This document shows positions 10,097 through 18,898 of a stretch of DNA of 64,000 bases, one piece after another. Within the stretch, counting starts at the first letter, position 1, and each line of letters starts with the position of its first letter. The stretch is from contig CAVYVF010000001.1 in the NCBI GenBank assembly GCA_963771885.1, forward strand, positions 1 through 64,000, read 5' to 3'. The position numbers and the translations under genes were made by a program. The notes under the pieces were generated by a model. That model saw only the letters and a program-made list of their open reading frames with translations, was not told the DNA's origin and did not search any database. This DNA is from Candidatus Bathyarchaeota archaeon. GTDB lineage: Archaea; Thermoproteota; Bathyarchaeia; TCS64.

Positions 10097-10813
10097 TTGA
10101 ATAACACAAATATAAACCGCACACTACCCATCACCCCTAACTCCCTTAACGAGCTAAAACAACAGAACCTAAAATTTGAACAATCATGCAGAAGTCTAGA
10201 CGTACGCGAAAAAGAGCTCTTCTCCATGATTAAGGGCGCCCTCAGAGGAAAGGACCAACTACGGGCAAATATGTACGCAAACGAGTTAGCAAGGGTACGT
10301 CACCTGAAACGAGTCTTTTCCCAGAGCCAACTAGCCATCGAATGCATATCGATTCGAATGGAGAGTCTACTTGACCTCTACAACGCCATCCAGCTAGACC
10401 CCATCTCCGAGGCCATCAAAGAGGTAGTAAGCGACATCCAAGGCGTCTCTCCAGAATTCACAGCGGGACTCGAACAACTTACAAAACTCGCAGGAGAGAC
10501 CCTTACACAGGCTAGCATAGGTTTCAAGGAGCCAGCACTCGAGGAGGCCTTCAGCGCCACCAGCCCAGAGAGCATCGCCATATTGAAAGAGGTTTCCAAG
10601 ACAATCGAGGACAGTCTTACTGAGGCGTTTCCTGAGCCGCCCGTCATCAAAGCACCCGCAGTTTCATCACCCCAACTCGAAGCCATCGAATACGGATACG
10701 AGCCCACATATACACCAAAAAAAACAGCAGTGGCCAGCAATAATTTCGATGACCTCTCTGATGATTTTATAAAAATGCTCGAGAACTTTGGATCGAAAAG
10801 CCGCGACAAATAA
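10097..10813 (+). CDS. cdvB: Second, more divergent ESCRT-III / Snf7-family protein
   Basis: REKELFSMIKGAL...RANMYANELARVRHLK...QLAIECISIRMESL...ESIAILKEV...FPEPP; 14 nt downstream of the first paralogue. Confidence 0.85.
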   Translation: MNNTNINRTLPITPNSLNELKQQNLKFEQSCRSLDVREKELFSMIKGALRGKDQLRANMYANELARVRHLKRVFSQSQLAIECISIRMESLLDLYNAIQLDPISEAIKEVVSDIQGVSPEFTAGLEQLTKLAGETLTQASIGFKEPALEEAFSATSPESIAILKEVSKTIEDSLTEAFPEPPVIKAPAVSSPQLEAIEYGYEPTYTPKKTAVASNNFDDLSDDFIKMLENFGSKSRDK

Positions 10814-10994
10814 ATGATTTGTGCGCGCGTAAGTGTTTAGCGATTACGTGTCTAGGCCTTTTCTAGACTCTTATCTCGAGGACGGGACTACAACCGAGTG
10901 AGGCACATATCCCAACGCCTCGAAAAAGTGTATCTAGGAAAGACATACTAGAGGTTAAATGAAATAATCCTGGATTTCCTATGAGAGGATAGTT

Positions 10995-12671
10995 CTGGGC
11001 AATAAAAATACCCTGATTTTTTTAGCGTTAACAATCATTATACTGGGAAACATCGCGCATCTAAGCGTAGCCCAGGCACGGTTCACCCCTTACATCGCCG
11101 CCGAAGAACTCCACCAGGGAGAACTGAGATTTAAAATAAATCCAGACAATAGCATTGTAGTCGACATCGAGGGAAACCTACAAGACGCATCCATAATCGG
11201 TGAGCCCCAGCCGATACAGAACATGTCACTCGACTTAACCCTCAGTCCCTCGGCTACAGACCTCACGAGGATCAAGGGAAACAGCGTGATAAAATTCACG
11301 CCGACATACTCTGAGCAGCTCTCAGCAATCAATCTAGCCCTCAACGTCCACAGCGTGAAAAACGCTGACGAGATAACCATCCAATTCAAGCTAGAAGACT
11401 ACCTCGGAGTAGAAGGTACAATCAACAGGTCTACCGACGAGGCTACATCAGAGACCACGATCACTTTCGAACTCACAGCAACAATATGGTACTCGACTGC
11501 CCCGAAGGAGGCTATCCAAGAGATAACCCAGAACTTCCCCCTCTACAAACAGCAGCTCGAATCCCAGGTAAGCCAACAAATGCAAGGTAAACTGGAAATA
11601 ACGGAGCTGAACTTGGTCAGCAGCAGCTTCGAACCCACATCGGCCACACTTATCCTCTCAGGAACAATGATCGGCGACCTCTACCAAGGCATCTCTACCC
11701 TCATAACCCAGACAACCCAACAGGAAATCGGAGCCCCAACTCAGATAATCAACTCAGCTAAAATCAGGTCCGGCGACATCAACATAGAATTCGACAAGAC
11801 GGAACTTGCTTTCAAAATCGAATTCGATTATTTAGTCGAGGGCGACGTCAACAAGCAAGCCAACGACATGAAGAACCTCCTAGCAGAGGAGTACCTACAG
11901 TCCCCCACCATAACCCCTAAAATGACTAACGTGATAAACGGCCTCTTAATACCTGCCGAACTAAACGTCGAGAATCTTAATGCCCACTACGATTGTGCCT
12001 TCGACGGTCAACTAATGGGTTTTAACTTTCATATCAGCGGCCTGACATTCACCCCACCTACCCAAGAGACGTTCTTCAGCAATCTGAACCTAGCATTAAG
12101 CGAGTACCCATTACCCGGCTACAAAATCGCGTTCGAGGGAGGATCCGACGATAATAGCTATCTTGAGATTGTAACGGTCCAAGCTACCCCTGAGCCAGTG
12201 GAAAATGACCTTCGAACAGCTGTATTCTCATCCAGCGAGCTCGCGAATCTGGATCAGATCTCATTCGAGGCGAAACAATGGCCAACATCGACAATCTCTC
12301 TTAATCAGACAAGTCTAACAGAAGGTGGGGTGGTTAAGGTGGAGGGTACCCTGACCCAGGAAGGAGCCCCGGTGAAAGACCAAACAGTCAACATCACAGC
12401 CAACAATGTTTGGATTGGTACAGCTAAGACGGATATTGAGGGAGGCTTCTCATACGCCTACCAATTCGATAACACCGGAACCTATGAGGTCAAGAGCACC
12501 CTCGTCTTCTACGAGAAAACCGTAGAGTCTCAGCCAGTTAATGTAATGGTCAGCCCTCCAAATGGCGGACTAACCAACCTACTGTTCCCAGCGGCGGGGG
12601 TAGCAATTATCTTGGCGGCAGCCGTCGGAGTCATTATATACACTAGGAAAGCACGAGTCAAAGCCTCATAA
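10995..12671 (+). CDS. Membrane-anchored surface protein with C-terminal Ig-like domain
   Basis: ORF 11223 extends in frame to CTG 10995 after GAGGA, adding a signal peptide (NKNTLIFLALTIIILGNIAHLSVAQA). Ig-like repeat VKVEGTLT...TAKTDIEGGFSY...GTYEV; C-terminal TM plus RKARVK. Confidence 0.75.
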   Translation: MGNKNTLIFLALTIIILGNIAHLSVAQARFTPYIAAEELHQGELRFKINPDNSIVVDIEGNLQDASIIGEPQPIQNMSLDLTLSPSATDLTRIKGNSVIKFTPTYSEQLSAINLALNVHSVKNADEITIQFKLEDYLGVEGTINRSTDEATSETTITFELTATIWYSTAPKEAIQEITQNFPLYKQQLESQVSQQMQGKLEITELNLVSSSFEPTSATLILSGTMIGDLYQGISTLITQTTQQEIGAPTQIINSAKIRSGDINIEFDKTELAFKIEFDYLVEGDVNKQANDMKNLLAEEYLQSPTITPKMTNVINGLLIPAELNVENLNAHYDCAFDGQLMGFNFHISGLTFTPPTQETFFSNLNLALSEYPLPGYKIAFEGGSDDNSYLEIVTVQATPEPVENDLRTAVFSSSELANLDQISFEAKQWPTSTISLNQTSLTEGGVVKVEGTLTQEGAPVKDQTVNITANNVWIGTAKTDIEGGFSYAYQFDNTGTYEVKSTLVFYEKTVESQPVNVMVSPPNGGLTNLLFPAAGVAIILAAAVGVIIYTRKARVKAS

Positions 12672-13216
12672 TCAAGAGCTGCTTCTCTCCCCAACCTCGC
12701 ATATGACTCGTACCAGTGCGCAAACAATTATCGATGACCAGATCAAGGCTTGGGGTCACTAATTGGGAGCTTTACTCAAAATAAACAACCTGCAAGCGCA
12801 TCATGTGTAATGCACTACTTGTGTTTACTAGAAGGGGCTATGAGGAATTCATCGGACTGCGTTGCCTTCTTATAACAATCCATACAGGCTTCACCCTTCC
12901 CCGGGACATATGCAATAAAATTCTTCAGATGAACACCACAGACCTTGCATCGGTTAACGACTTTGTTAGCCAAATCGATAATCGAAAGAAATTTCCCTTG
13001 ACCAATTATATGAGGTCAACGGACAAAATAACCTAACCCATTATCTATATTTTATAAGTTGAATTAGAATTATGTTATCAAATTGCGATTCTGCTATCGG
13101 TTTATAGAACTATATCAATACAGCACAAACCTTGAATACAATTCACCCTAAAACCAACAAGGCGTAAACTACTAACGATACATCAGACTCACCAAACACC
13201 TGAGAGGGGGGATAAA

Positions 13217-13663
13217 GTGAAAAGGACGAAGGAGATAACCGGCAACTCGCTTAAAACATACCTCTACCTCGTCACACATGGCCCCAGCGAACTAAGAGAA
13301 GTACAAAGAGGGTTAGGACTATCAACCCCCTCACTCGCATCCTACCACCTCGGCAGACTCATCGAAGCAGGCTACGCGACGCAGGACAGGGACAGCCGAT
13401 ACGTCGCAGTGAAAGACTCATCAATCGAGATCCTCGAAGGCTATACAAAGATCGGAACCGCTCTTGTCCCGCAACTAGTCTTCTTTGCCATTCTTTTCAC
13501 CATACTAATACCCTTCTTCTCACTGGCCTCACTCGTCTCACCGGGCTTCACCGGCTACCTAATAGCATCCTCACTCGCAATGGTGGCTCTACTCTGGTAT
13601 GAGGTACTCAGGCTATGGCGAAGACTAGTATTAGAAACCCCATCCACACAGGATAGAGAGTAA
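13217..13663 (+). CDS. Membrane-tethered winged-helix regulator (N-terminal wHTH plus 2 TM)
   Basis: LKTYLYL...GPSELREVQRGLGLSTPSLASYHLGRLIEAG followed by two hydrophobic helices. Confidence 0.8.
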   Translation: MKRTKEITGNSLKTYLYLVTHGPSELREVQRGLGLSTPSLASYHLGRLIEAGYATQDRDSRYVAVKDSSIEILEGYTKIGTALVPQLVFFAILFTILIPFFSLASLVSPGFTGYLIASSLAMVALLWYEVLRLWRRLVLETPSTQDRE

Positions 13664-13767
13664 GAAGACCCCTTTCAAGACCCTTGAAAGCCCTACAAAC
13701 GATGTTGCACACTCTTTCAATTGTCTAGGATTAACTAGCTCATCCCCCACCATAATTGCGAGAATAA

Positions 13768-14847
13768 ATGGCAACAAAGAGGATAACCATCAAGTATGGC
13801 CTCGCAGCCACCGTGCTCGCTCTGGCCATCATCGGCGGATCACTCATGATGAACCCGATGACCGCCAAGGCGCAAACCAGCTTCTCAGTAATGCTGACCG
13901 ACCCCCCAACTGTCCCCGAAGGCACCTCGAAGCTCGAGGTAGTATACTCAGACATACAGCTACACGTCAAATACCCAGACGGGACAACCAACTGGGTTGC
14001 ATCTCAGGAGGCTGGTAAGGTAGACCTTCTAACTCTAGTCGGCGTATCCCAGACTATAGCCGAACTTAACCTGCCCACCGGGTCCTCGGTTGACAAGTTA
14101 AAGTTCACGATCTCCTCCGCTTCAGCGATAATTGATTCAGTCACATACCCAGTCACGATAGTCTCGGAGACCCTTATAGTCAATCTCAAGGGAGTAACAC
14201 TCGACGGAGCCAACGCAGGAGCCCTAATCGACCTCCGCCCCAAGCTCCTAGAGGTCAACGCACTCGACGACGAGGGGGAGCCAGTCAGCTACTACGTGCT
14301 GGTCCCAAGCGCCCTAGGTATAGACAAGCGCAACGTCGGCGAGGAGCATAGGAAAATCGGCACAAGGAGACACTTAGACGACAACGAGGAAAACGAGCTC
14401 GAAGAAGAGCTTCAAAACGCTAACAAAAACGTCGCTGTAGCGGCCCAAATCAAGGTAGTGGGAAACACGACGACGCTCACGGTAACATTCACAAACAACG
14501 GTGAGAGAAATGCGACGATAAACGCTCTAGAGATACATGGCGAATACAAATTCAGCCAGACAGCCTCAAGCAACAAACGCAACGATCAGCACCCCCGTAG
14601 CATAGTCTTCAGGGTCACCGCCACCGAGATTATCCCTCATATAAGCGGAGAACACATAAACCGACACATCAAGGGCCTCGAGCTAGAACCCGGAGAATCC
14701 AAGACTATGACCTTCACCGGAGTAATACAAATGAAACACGACCATGGCAAAGCTCCGATAACTATCACACCGATAGTAGGGAGCGACTATGAGGTTCGAG
14801 TATCGGGAGAAGGCTCCCAATCGATCAATGTAACCGCCATAGCATAA
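13768..14847 (+). CDS. Secreted DUF4382-like domain protein with extra C-terminal beta domain
   Basis: Signal peptide; VMLTDPP...YSDIQLH...VDLLTL...LKFTISSA...LIDLRP. Confidence 0.75.
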   Translation: MATKRITIKYGLAATVLALAIIGGSLMMNPMTAKAQTSFSVMLTDPPTVPEGTSKLEVVYSDIQLHVKYPDGTTNWVASQEAGKVDLLTLVGVSQTIAELNLPTGSSVDKLKFTISSASAIIDSVTYPVTIVSETLIVNLKGVTLDGANAGALIDLRPKLLEVNALDDEGEPVSYYVLVPSALGIDKRNVGEEHRKIGTRRHLDDNEENELEEELQNANKNVAVAAQIKVVGNTTTLTVTFTNNGERNATINALEIHGEYKFSQTASSNKRNDQHPRSIVFRVTATEIIPHISGEHINRHIKGLELEPGESKTMTFTGVIQMKHDHGKAPITITPIVGSDYEVRVSGEGSQSINVTAIA

Positions 14848-15353
14848 TCTAAAAACACTGGAGTGAAGATGCCTTGAAATGTCCAAGTTGTGGTCAAAAG
14901 ATGTCACCTGATAAAGCCGTAGAGCTAAGATGGTTCTGCACATCATGCCACGCCCAACATGATATACGATTCATCGACGACGGACATAGAACAAAGTTCT
15001 CAAAAGTCGCTGAAAAAAGGCGCATCGCATCCATGATTTTTTGATTCCTGTAAGTATATAATACACTCATGTGTGGGCGCGCGTAATGCATTCATCATTT
15101 TCATTCTGCCGAGTATTGTCACTCATATAGTGGTCCAGGAAAAAACGACCAGCTTAAGCTCCACCTAGGGTAAAATAAGCCAAAATTGTGTAATAACCGA
15201 GCTTAATGAAAATACCTAGTACAAAAACCTAAGGAATGGGCTCTTAAAAGCGTCAACAAATTGAAGGTGGTTGACAATTCCTTAAGTCGCGAGCGACACA
15301 AAAATGGTCCCATTAGCGCTTATACTTTTTAACTAATGGATCGAAAAATTAGA

Positions 15354-15878
15354 TCATCCAGGTAAAGCCTTTGCGACTGGGATGAGCATATAACCCGAAT
15401 TCTTGGACCCTACGACACGGGGCTCGATGTCGATCACGAGGCTGGACGTCTGCCCACCACTCAACGTAATACCACCCTTAGTAATGGGTATATTCAGCTT
15501 CCCACTCGACACCTTAACCTCCCTGCTTAAGCCATCAATCGTTATCTTCGCCTCCAGCACCTCAAACCTTATGATGTTATAAAGCCCAGGCTCAAGCTTC
15601 GCCTCATTTATCACCTGCTCAACGTCAAGCGCCGTCGATAAGTCGATCCACCCTTCTTTACATATCGATACCCAGCCATATTTTTCGTCGGCGTCACTTC
15701 GATGTATCTCGATGGCGCTGTAATGTATCTCAACGACGTCAGCGTCCCCCCAACTCAGTGGAGGATCCTTCACCTTCAGGGTCAGCGTCGCAGTCGTGTG
15801 GCCGAAATAGAGGTTTGCCCCACCGATGGCAACAAGCAAGATCGCAAGCCATGCCACCGCCATCCTCATCCTAGTCAC
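15354..15878 (-). CDS. Secreted DUF4382-like domain protein
   Basis: Signal/TM; LKVKDPP...YSAIEIH...IDLS...PGLYNIIRFEV...VSSGKL...LVIDI. Confidence 0.8.
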   Translation of the reverse strand: MTRMRMAVAWLAILLVAIGGANLYFGHTTATLTLKVKDPPLSWGDADVVEIHYSAIEIHRSDADEKYGWVSICKEGWIDLSTALDVEQVINEAKLEPGLYNIIRFEVLEAKITIDGLSREVKVSSGKLNIPITKGGITLSGGQTSSLVIDIEPRVVGSKNSGYMLIPVAKALPG

Positions 15879-16159
15879 GGGACATCACCCATTCATCAAA
15901 TGAAAATACTCAGATACATCTAGGAAACAAGTTTTTCATATGCTTTATGGACTAAAAATGTGGATTAAAGGTCACTATAAAACCAGTGGAAACTGATTAA
16001 GTTGCAAGTCAATATCTTGAAAAGAGCACCATTTGAGGTTGGCAGAAAACTAGAAATTTTTTCGTATCAATAATACCAATCAATATCATCAGATCACTGA
16101 TACGGAACCGCTATTATGGCAGATTCGAGTTTTTCTAAGAGATCCGCGGAGTTGCGAAA

Positions 16160-16888
16160 GTGTTTCATATAGAGGTCAATCATCTAACAAGATCCTTCGG
16201 TCATAACAAGGTACTTGATGACATCTCACTGAGGGTTGATGAGGGGGAATTCTTCGGCCTCTTCGGATCAAACGGTGCTGGAAAGACGACGCTTCTGAGG
16301 ATCCTCACCGGCCAACTCTCAGCGGACTCTGGCTCGGTACTCACGGCGGGTATCCCCATCTCCGACCCTATCGGGATCAAGAGGGCGATTGGGATCGTCC
16401 CCGAATCTGAGACACCCCCAACATTCCTGACAGCGAGAGAAGCACTTGAGTTGACCTGCAGAATAAGGGGCCTCGCCGACATACCGAACAAGGTGGATCA
16501 ATGGCTAAGGTTCTTCGACGTCGAATCTCAGAGCGACGTACTATGCAGGGACCTATCCAAGGGACAGAGACAGAAGATAATGTTGGCGAGCGCCTTCATC
16601 CACGAGCCACGCCTGCTGCTCCTCGACGAGGCCTTCATCAACCTCGACCCCATATACCAACGCCGCCTCAGGGAATATCTTTCCGAGCTTCACGAGCAGG
16701 GCCGAACAATCTTCCTCTGCACCCACATCCTCGAAATCGCTGAGAAACTCTGCACGAGAGTCGCCGTAATCGACAGAGGCAGAATAGTCGCCGAGGGAAC
16801 GATAGAGGAACTAAGATCCAGAGAAGGTGAGGGCCTCGAGGAGATCTTCATGCGCGCCGTGGATGGTGAGAACGCACGTGCCCCTTGA
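16160..16888 (+). CDS. ABC exporter ATP-binding protein
   Basis: GSNGAGKTT, LSKGQ, LLLLDE, CTH. Confidence 0.93.
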   Translation: MFHIEVNHLTRSFGHNKVLDDISLRVDEGEFFGLFGSNGAGKTTLLRILTGQLSADSGSVLTAGIPISDPIGIKRAIGIVPESETPPTFLTAREALELTCRIRGLADIPNKVDQWLRFFDVESQSDVLCRDLSKGQRQKIMLASAFIHEPRLLLLDEAFINLDPIYQRRLREYLSELHEQGRTIFLCTHILEIAEKLCTRVAVIDRGRIVAEGTIEELRSREGEGLEEIFMRAVDGENARAP

Positions 16889-18344
16889 CCTAGATCTATA
16901 CCTACTCACCCAGATGGTTAAGGAGGAGTGGAGACTACACAAGTCGCTGTCAGGAGAACTCGGCTCAACATTCTTCCCCCTACTCATCTTCATCATGACG
17001 GTACTCTGCGCATTAATCTCGAGAACCCTACTCATAGGACTAAGTCAGACGACCCTTATACTGATGCTTCACATCGCATCAATGGGATACGGCTTCTTCG
17101 TCGGAGGCTTCGGATCACTCGCGGAGACCATCATGTCCCGGCGTCTCGGGCAGACCAATATGTTACTGCAGCTACCCCAGACATATCCCGTGAAACTCAA
17201 GAAGATGATGTCCATATTCTACGTTAAGGACTCAATCTTCTACCTATTCTACACATATGTCCCAATGGTCCTGGGCCTAGGAGTCGTAGGATCATTTTTC
17301 GGATACTCGGCGATTGGAATCGTGAAGCTTGGGGCAACTACATTTCTGACTTTCATGCTTGGTATGGGCATTAGCTTCGTAGCCTCGGCCGTCGCCAACA
17401 GATCGAGACTATGCGGAATCGCCGCATATCTGACACTGACTATCATGACGGTTCTTGTGTGGCCTCTTGGCTTCCTCGAACCCTACCAAGTGATCCCTCC
17501 ACTTGGGTACTGGGTTAACGGCTCAATATTTTGGCCACTCTTATCCGTCATAATCGCTGTCGTCTTAGCCTATGTGGGCGTGTTATTAGTGAGGGAACGC
17601 CTCGAGATAAGATCCAGAAGATACCCCGAATCGTATCTCAGCTTAGATGGATTCTTCGCCTTCACAGGAATGCATCGGGTGCTCGTAGCAAAGGAATGGC
17701 TAGAGCTGACTCGAAGCGGAAGCTTAACACCGATAATCGGAGGCTATGCACTCCACCTAATCGCAGTATATTTCATAAGCTGGATATTTGAAAACGGCCT
17801 CGGCATAACCCTCGGATTCAACCTACTCTTCTTCAGCGCAATGGTTGGTTTCCTAGGGGTCCTAGTATACAGCAGCCTAACCAGCATAGAACACAACGAA
17901 TATCTGAACGTGATGCCCGTAAGCGTAGCCTCATTAGTCAAGGCGAAACTTTTCGTATACTTCATAATCACGTCTGCTGTGACCGTGGGATACATCGTTT
18001 TAATCGGATGGCTGAAAAACGAGATCACGTTGATCCCCGTGGCTATCCTACTGGCAGAGTGCAACTGCCTCTTCGTTGTCGCAGTCACAGCCTACCTAAC
18101 AGGTCTCTGGACAAATACGATGTTTTTCGGTGCAAAGACAATAATCAGCTTCACTCTTTTCATATTACCCGTCCTGACCGTTGTCGAGATAGGGGCGCTG
18201 CTGCTTCCCCACATGGCAATAACTTCAGCCGTCTTCATCGCAGCGGCTTCTTTAGTCGAAGTGGCTGCCTCAGCTCTTTTGCTTCGTCGACTAAATGGCC
18301 GATGGAGCAGAGCCACATTCTCATACGTGTCAAAGGGTGAATAG
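16878..18344 (+). CDS. ABC exporter permease, multi-TM
   Basis: About 12 hydrophobic segments, KEEWR and AKEWL motifs; GTG 16878 overlaps the ATPase end. Confidence 0.8.
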   Translation: MPLDLDLYLLTQMVKEEWRLHKSLSGELGSTFFPLLIFIMTVLCALISRTLLIGLSQTTLILMLHIASMGYGFFVGGFGSLAETIMSRRLGQTNMLLQLPQTYPVKLKKMMSIFYVKDSIFYLFYTYVPMVLGLGVVGSFFGYSAIGIVKLGATTFLTFMLGMGISFVASAVANRSRLCGIAAYLTLTIMTVLVWPLGFLEPYQVIPPLGYWVNGSIFWPLLSVIIAVVLAYVGVLLVRERLEIRSRRYPESYLSLDGFFAFTGMHRVLVAKEWLELTRSGSLTPIIGGYALHLIAVYFISWIFENGLGITLGFNLLFFSAMVGFLGVLVYSSLTSIEHNEYLNVMPVSVASLVKAKLFVYFIITSAVTVGYIVLIGWLKNEITLIPVAILLAECNCLFVVAVTAYLTGLWTNTMFFGAKTIISFTLFILPVLTVVEIGALLLPHMAITSAVFIAAASLVEVAASALLLRRLNGRWSRATFSYVSKGE

Positions 18345-18424
18345 TCAAAAATTAGCGCACGGCGTTGCTCTGTATCTCATCCACATAAGTCGACATGCGA
18401 GTGAGATTGAGTGCGCACGATGTT

Positions 18425-18799
18425 CTACTTGTTTTCCCTAATATTCTTGGTAAGGTACTTGCTGAGGGGGTTATCAGAATCGAGCTTATCCCTGCGCGAT
18501 TCGGGATTATCGTTATGCTCCTCTACGGTCTGTCTCTCCCTTAGGCATTCGGGACAGAGGAGTAGTTCGTAGTGGCCGCTTGGAGACGTTACCTGTAGGC
18601 CATGAACGTCGCATTTGAAGAGATAAGCCTCTAGTCTATTCTTGCCGCGGTTTATGTGGCCGACTTTTACGTTGCCATATAGTCTAAACTTTATCGAATC
18701 TAGGAAACCAAGCTTGTAGATCTGAGTATGCATTTGCTGGCTGCTCGATGGAACTTCTGTCGCTTCAAGCGGGTTTACAAGCTGAACCTCTGAGGCCAT
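18425..18799 (-). CDS. Small protein with CxxH...CxxC putative zinc ribbon
   Basis: YLFKCDVHGLQVTSPSGHYELLLCPEC; paralogous motif at 34972..35247. Confidence 0.7.
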   Translation of the reverse strand: MASEVQLVNPLEATEVPSSSQQMHTQIYKLGFLDSIKFRLYGNVKVGHINRGKNRLEAYLFKCDVHGLQVTSPSGHYELLLCPECLRERQTVEEHNDNPESRRDKLDSDNPLSKYLTKNIRENK

Positions 18800-18898
18800 A
18801 ACGAGTATCGGAATCAGTTACGGACGCTCGTTATAAACCGGTTATGGAGCAATGATATGTATCATAGTTCGATGCGCACGTGAAGCCTTGAAAAAATA

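Noticed and set aside
12700..13200. ORF 12803..13036 and similar ORFs in long spacers (9077..9298, 14894..15091)
   Set aside because: No motif or coding-like composition; treated as intergenic or unrecognisable remnants.
2194..18862. Identical 13-mer CAATGATATGTAT at 2194 and 18850
   Set aside because: A single AT-rich 13-nt match is expected by chance in 64 kb.
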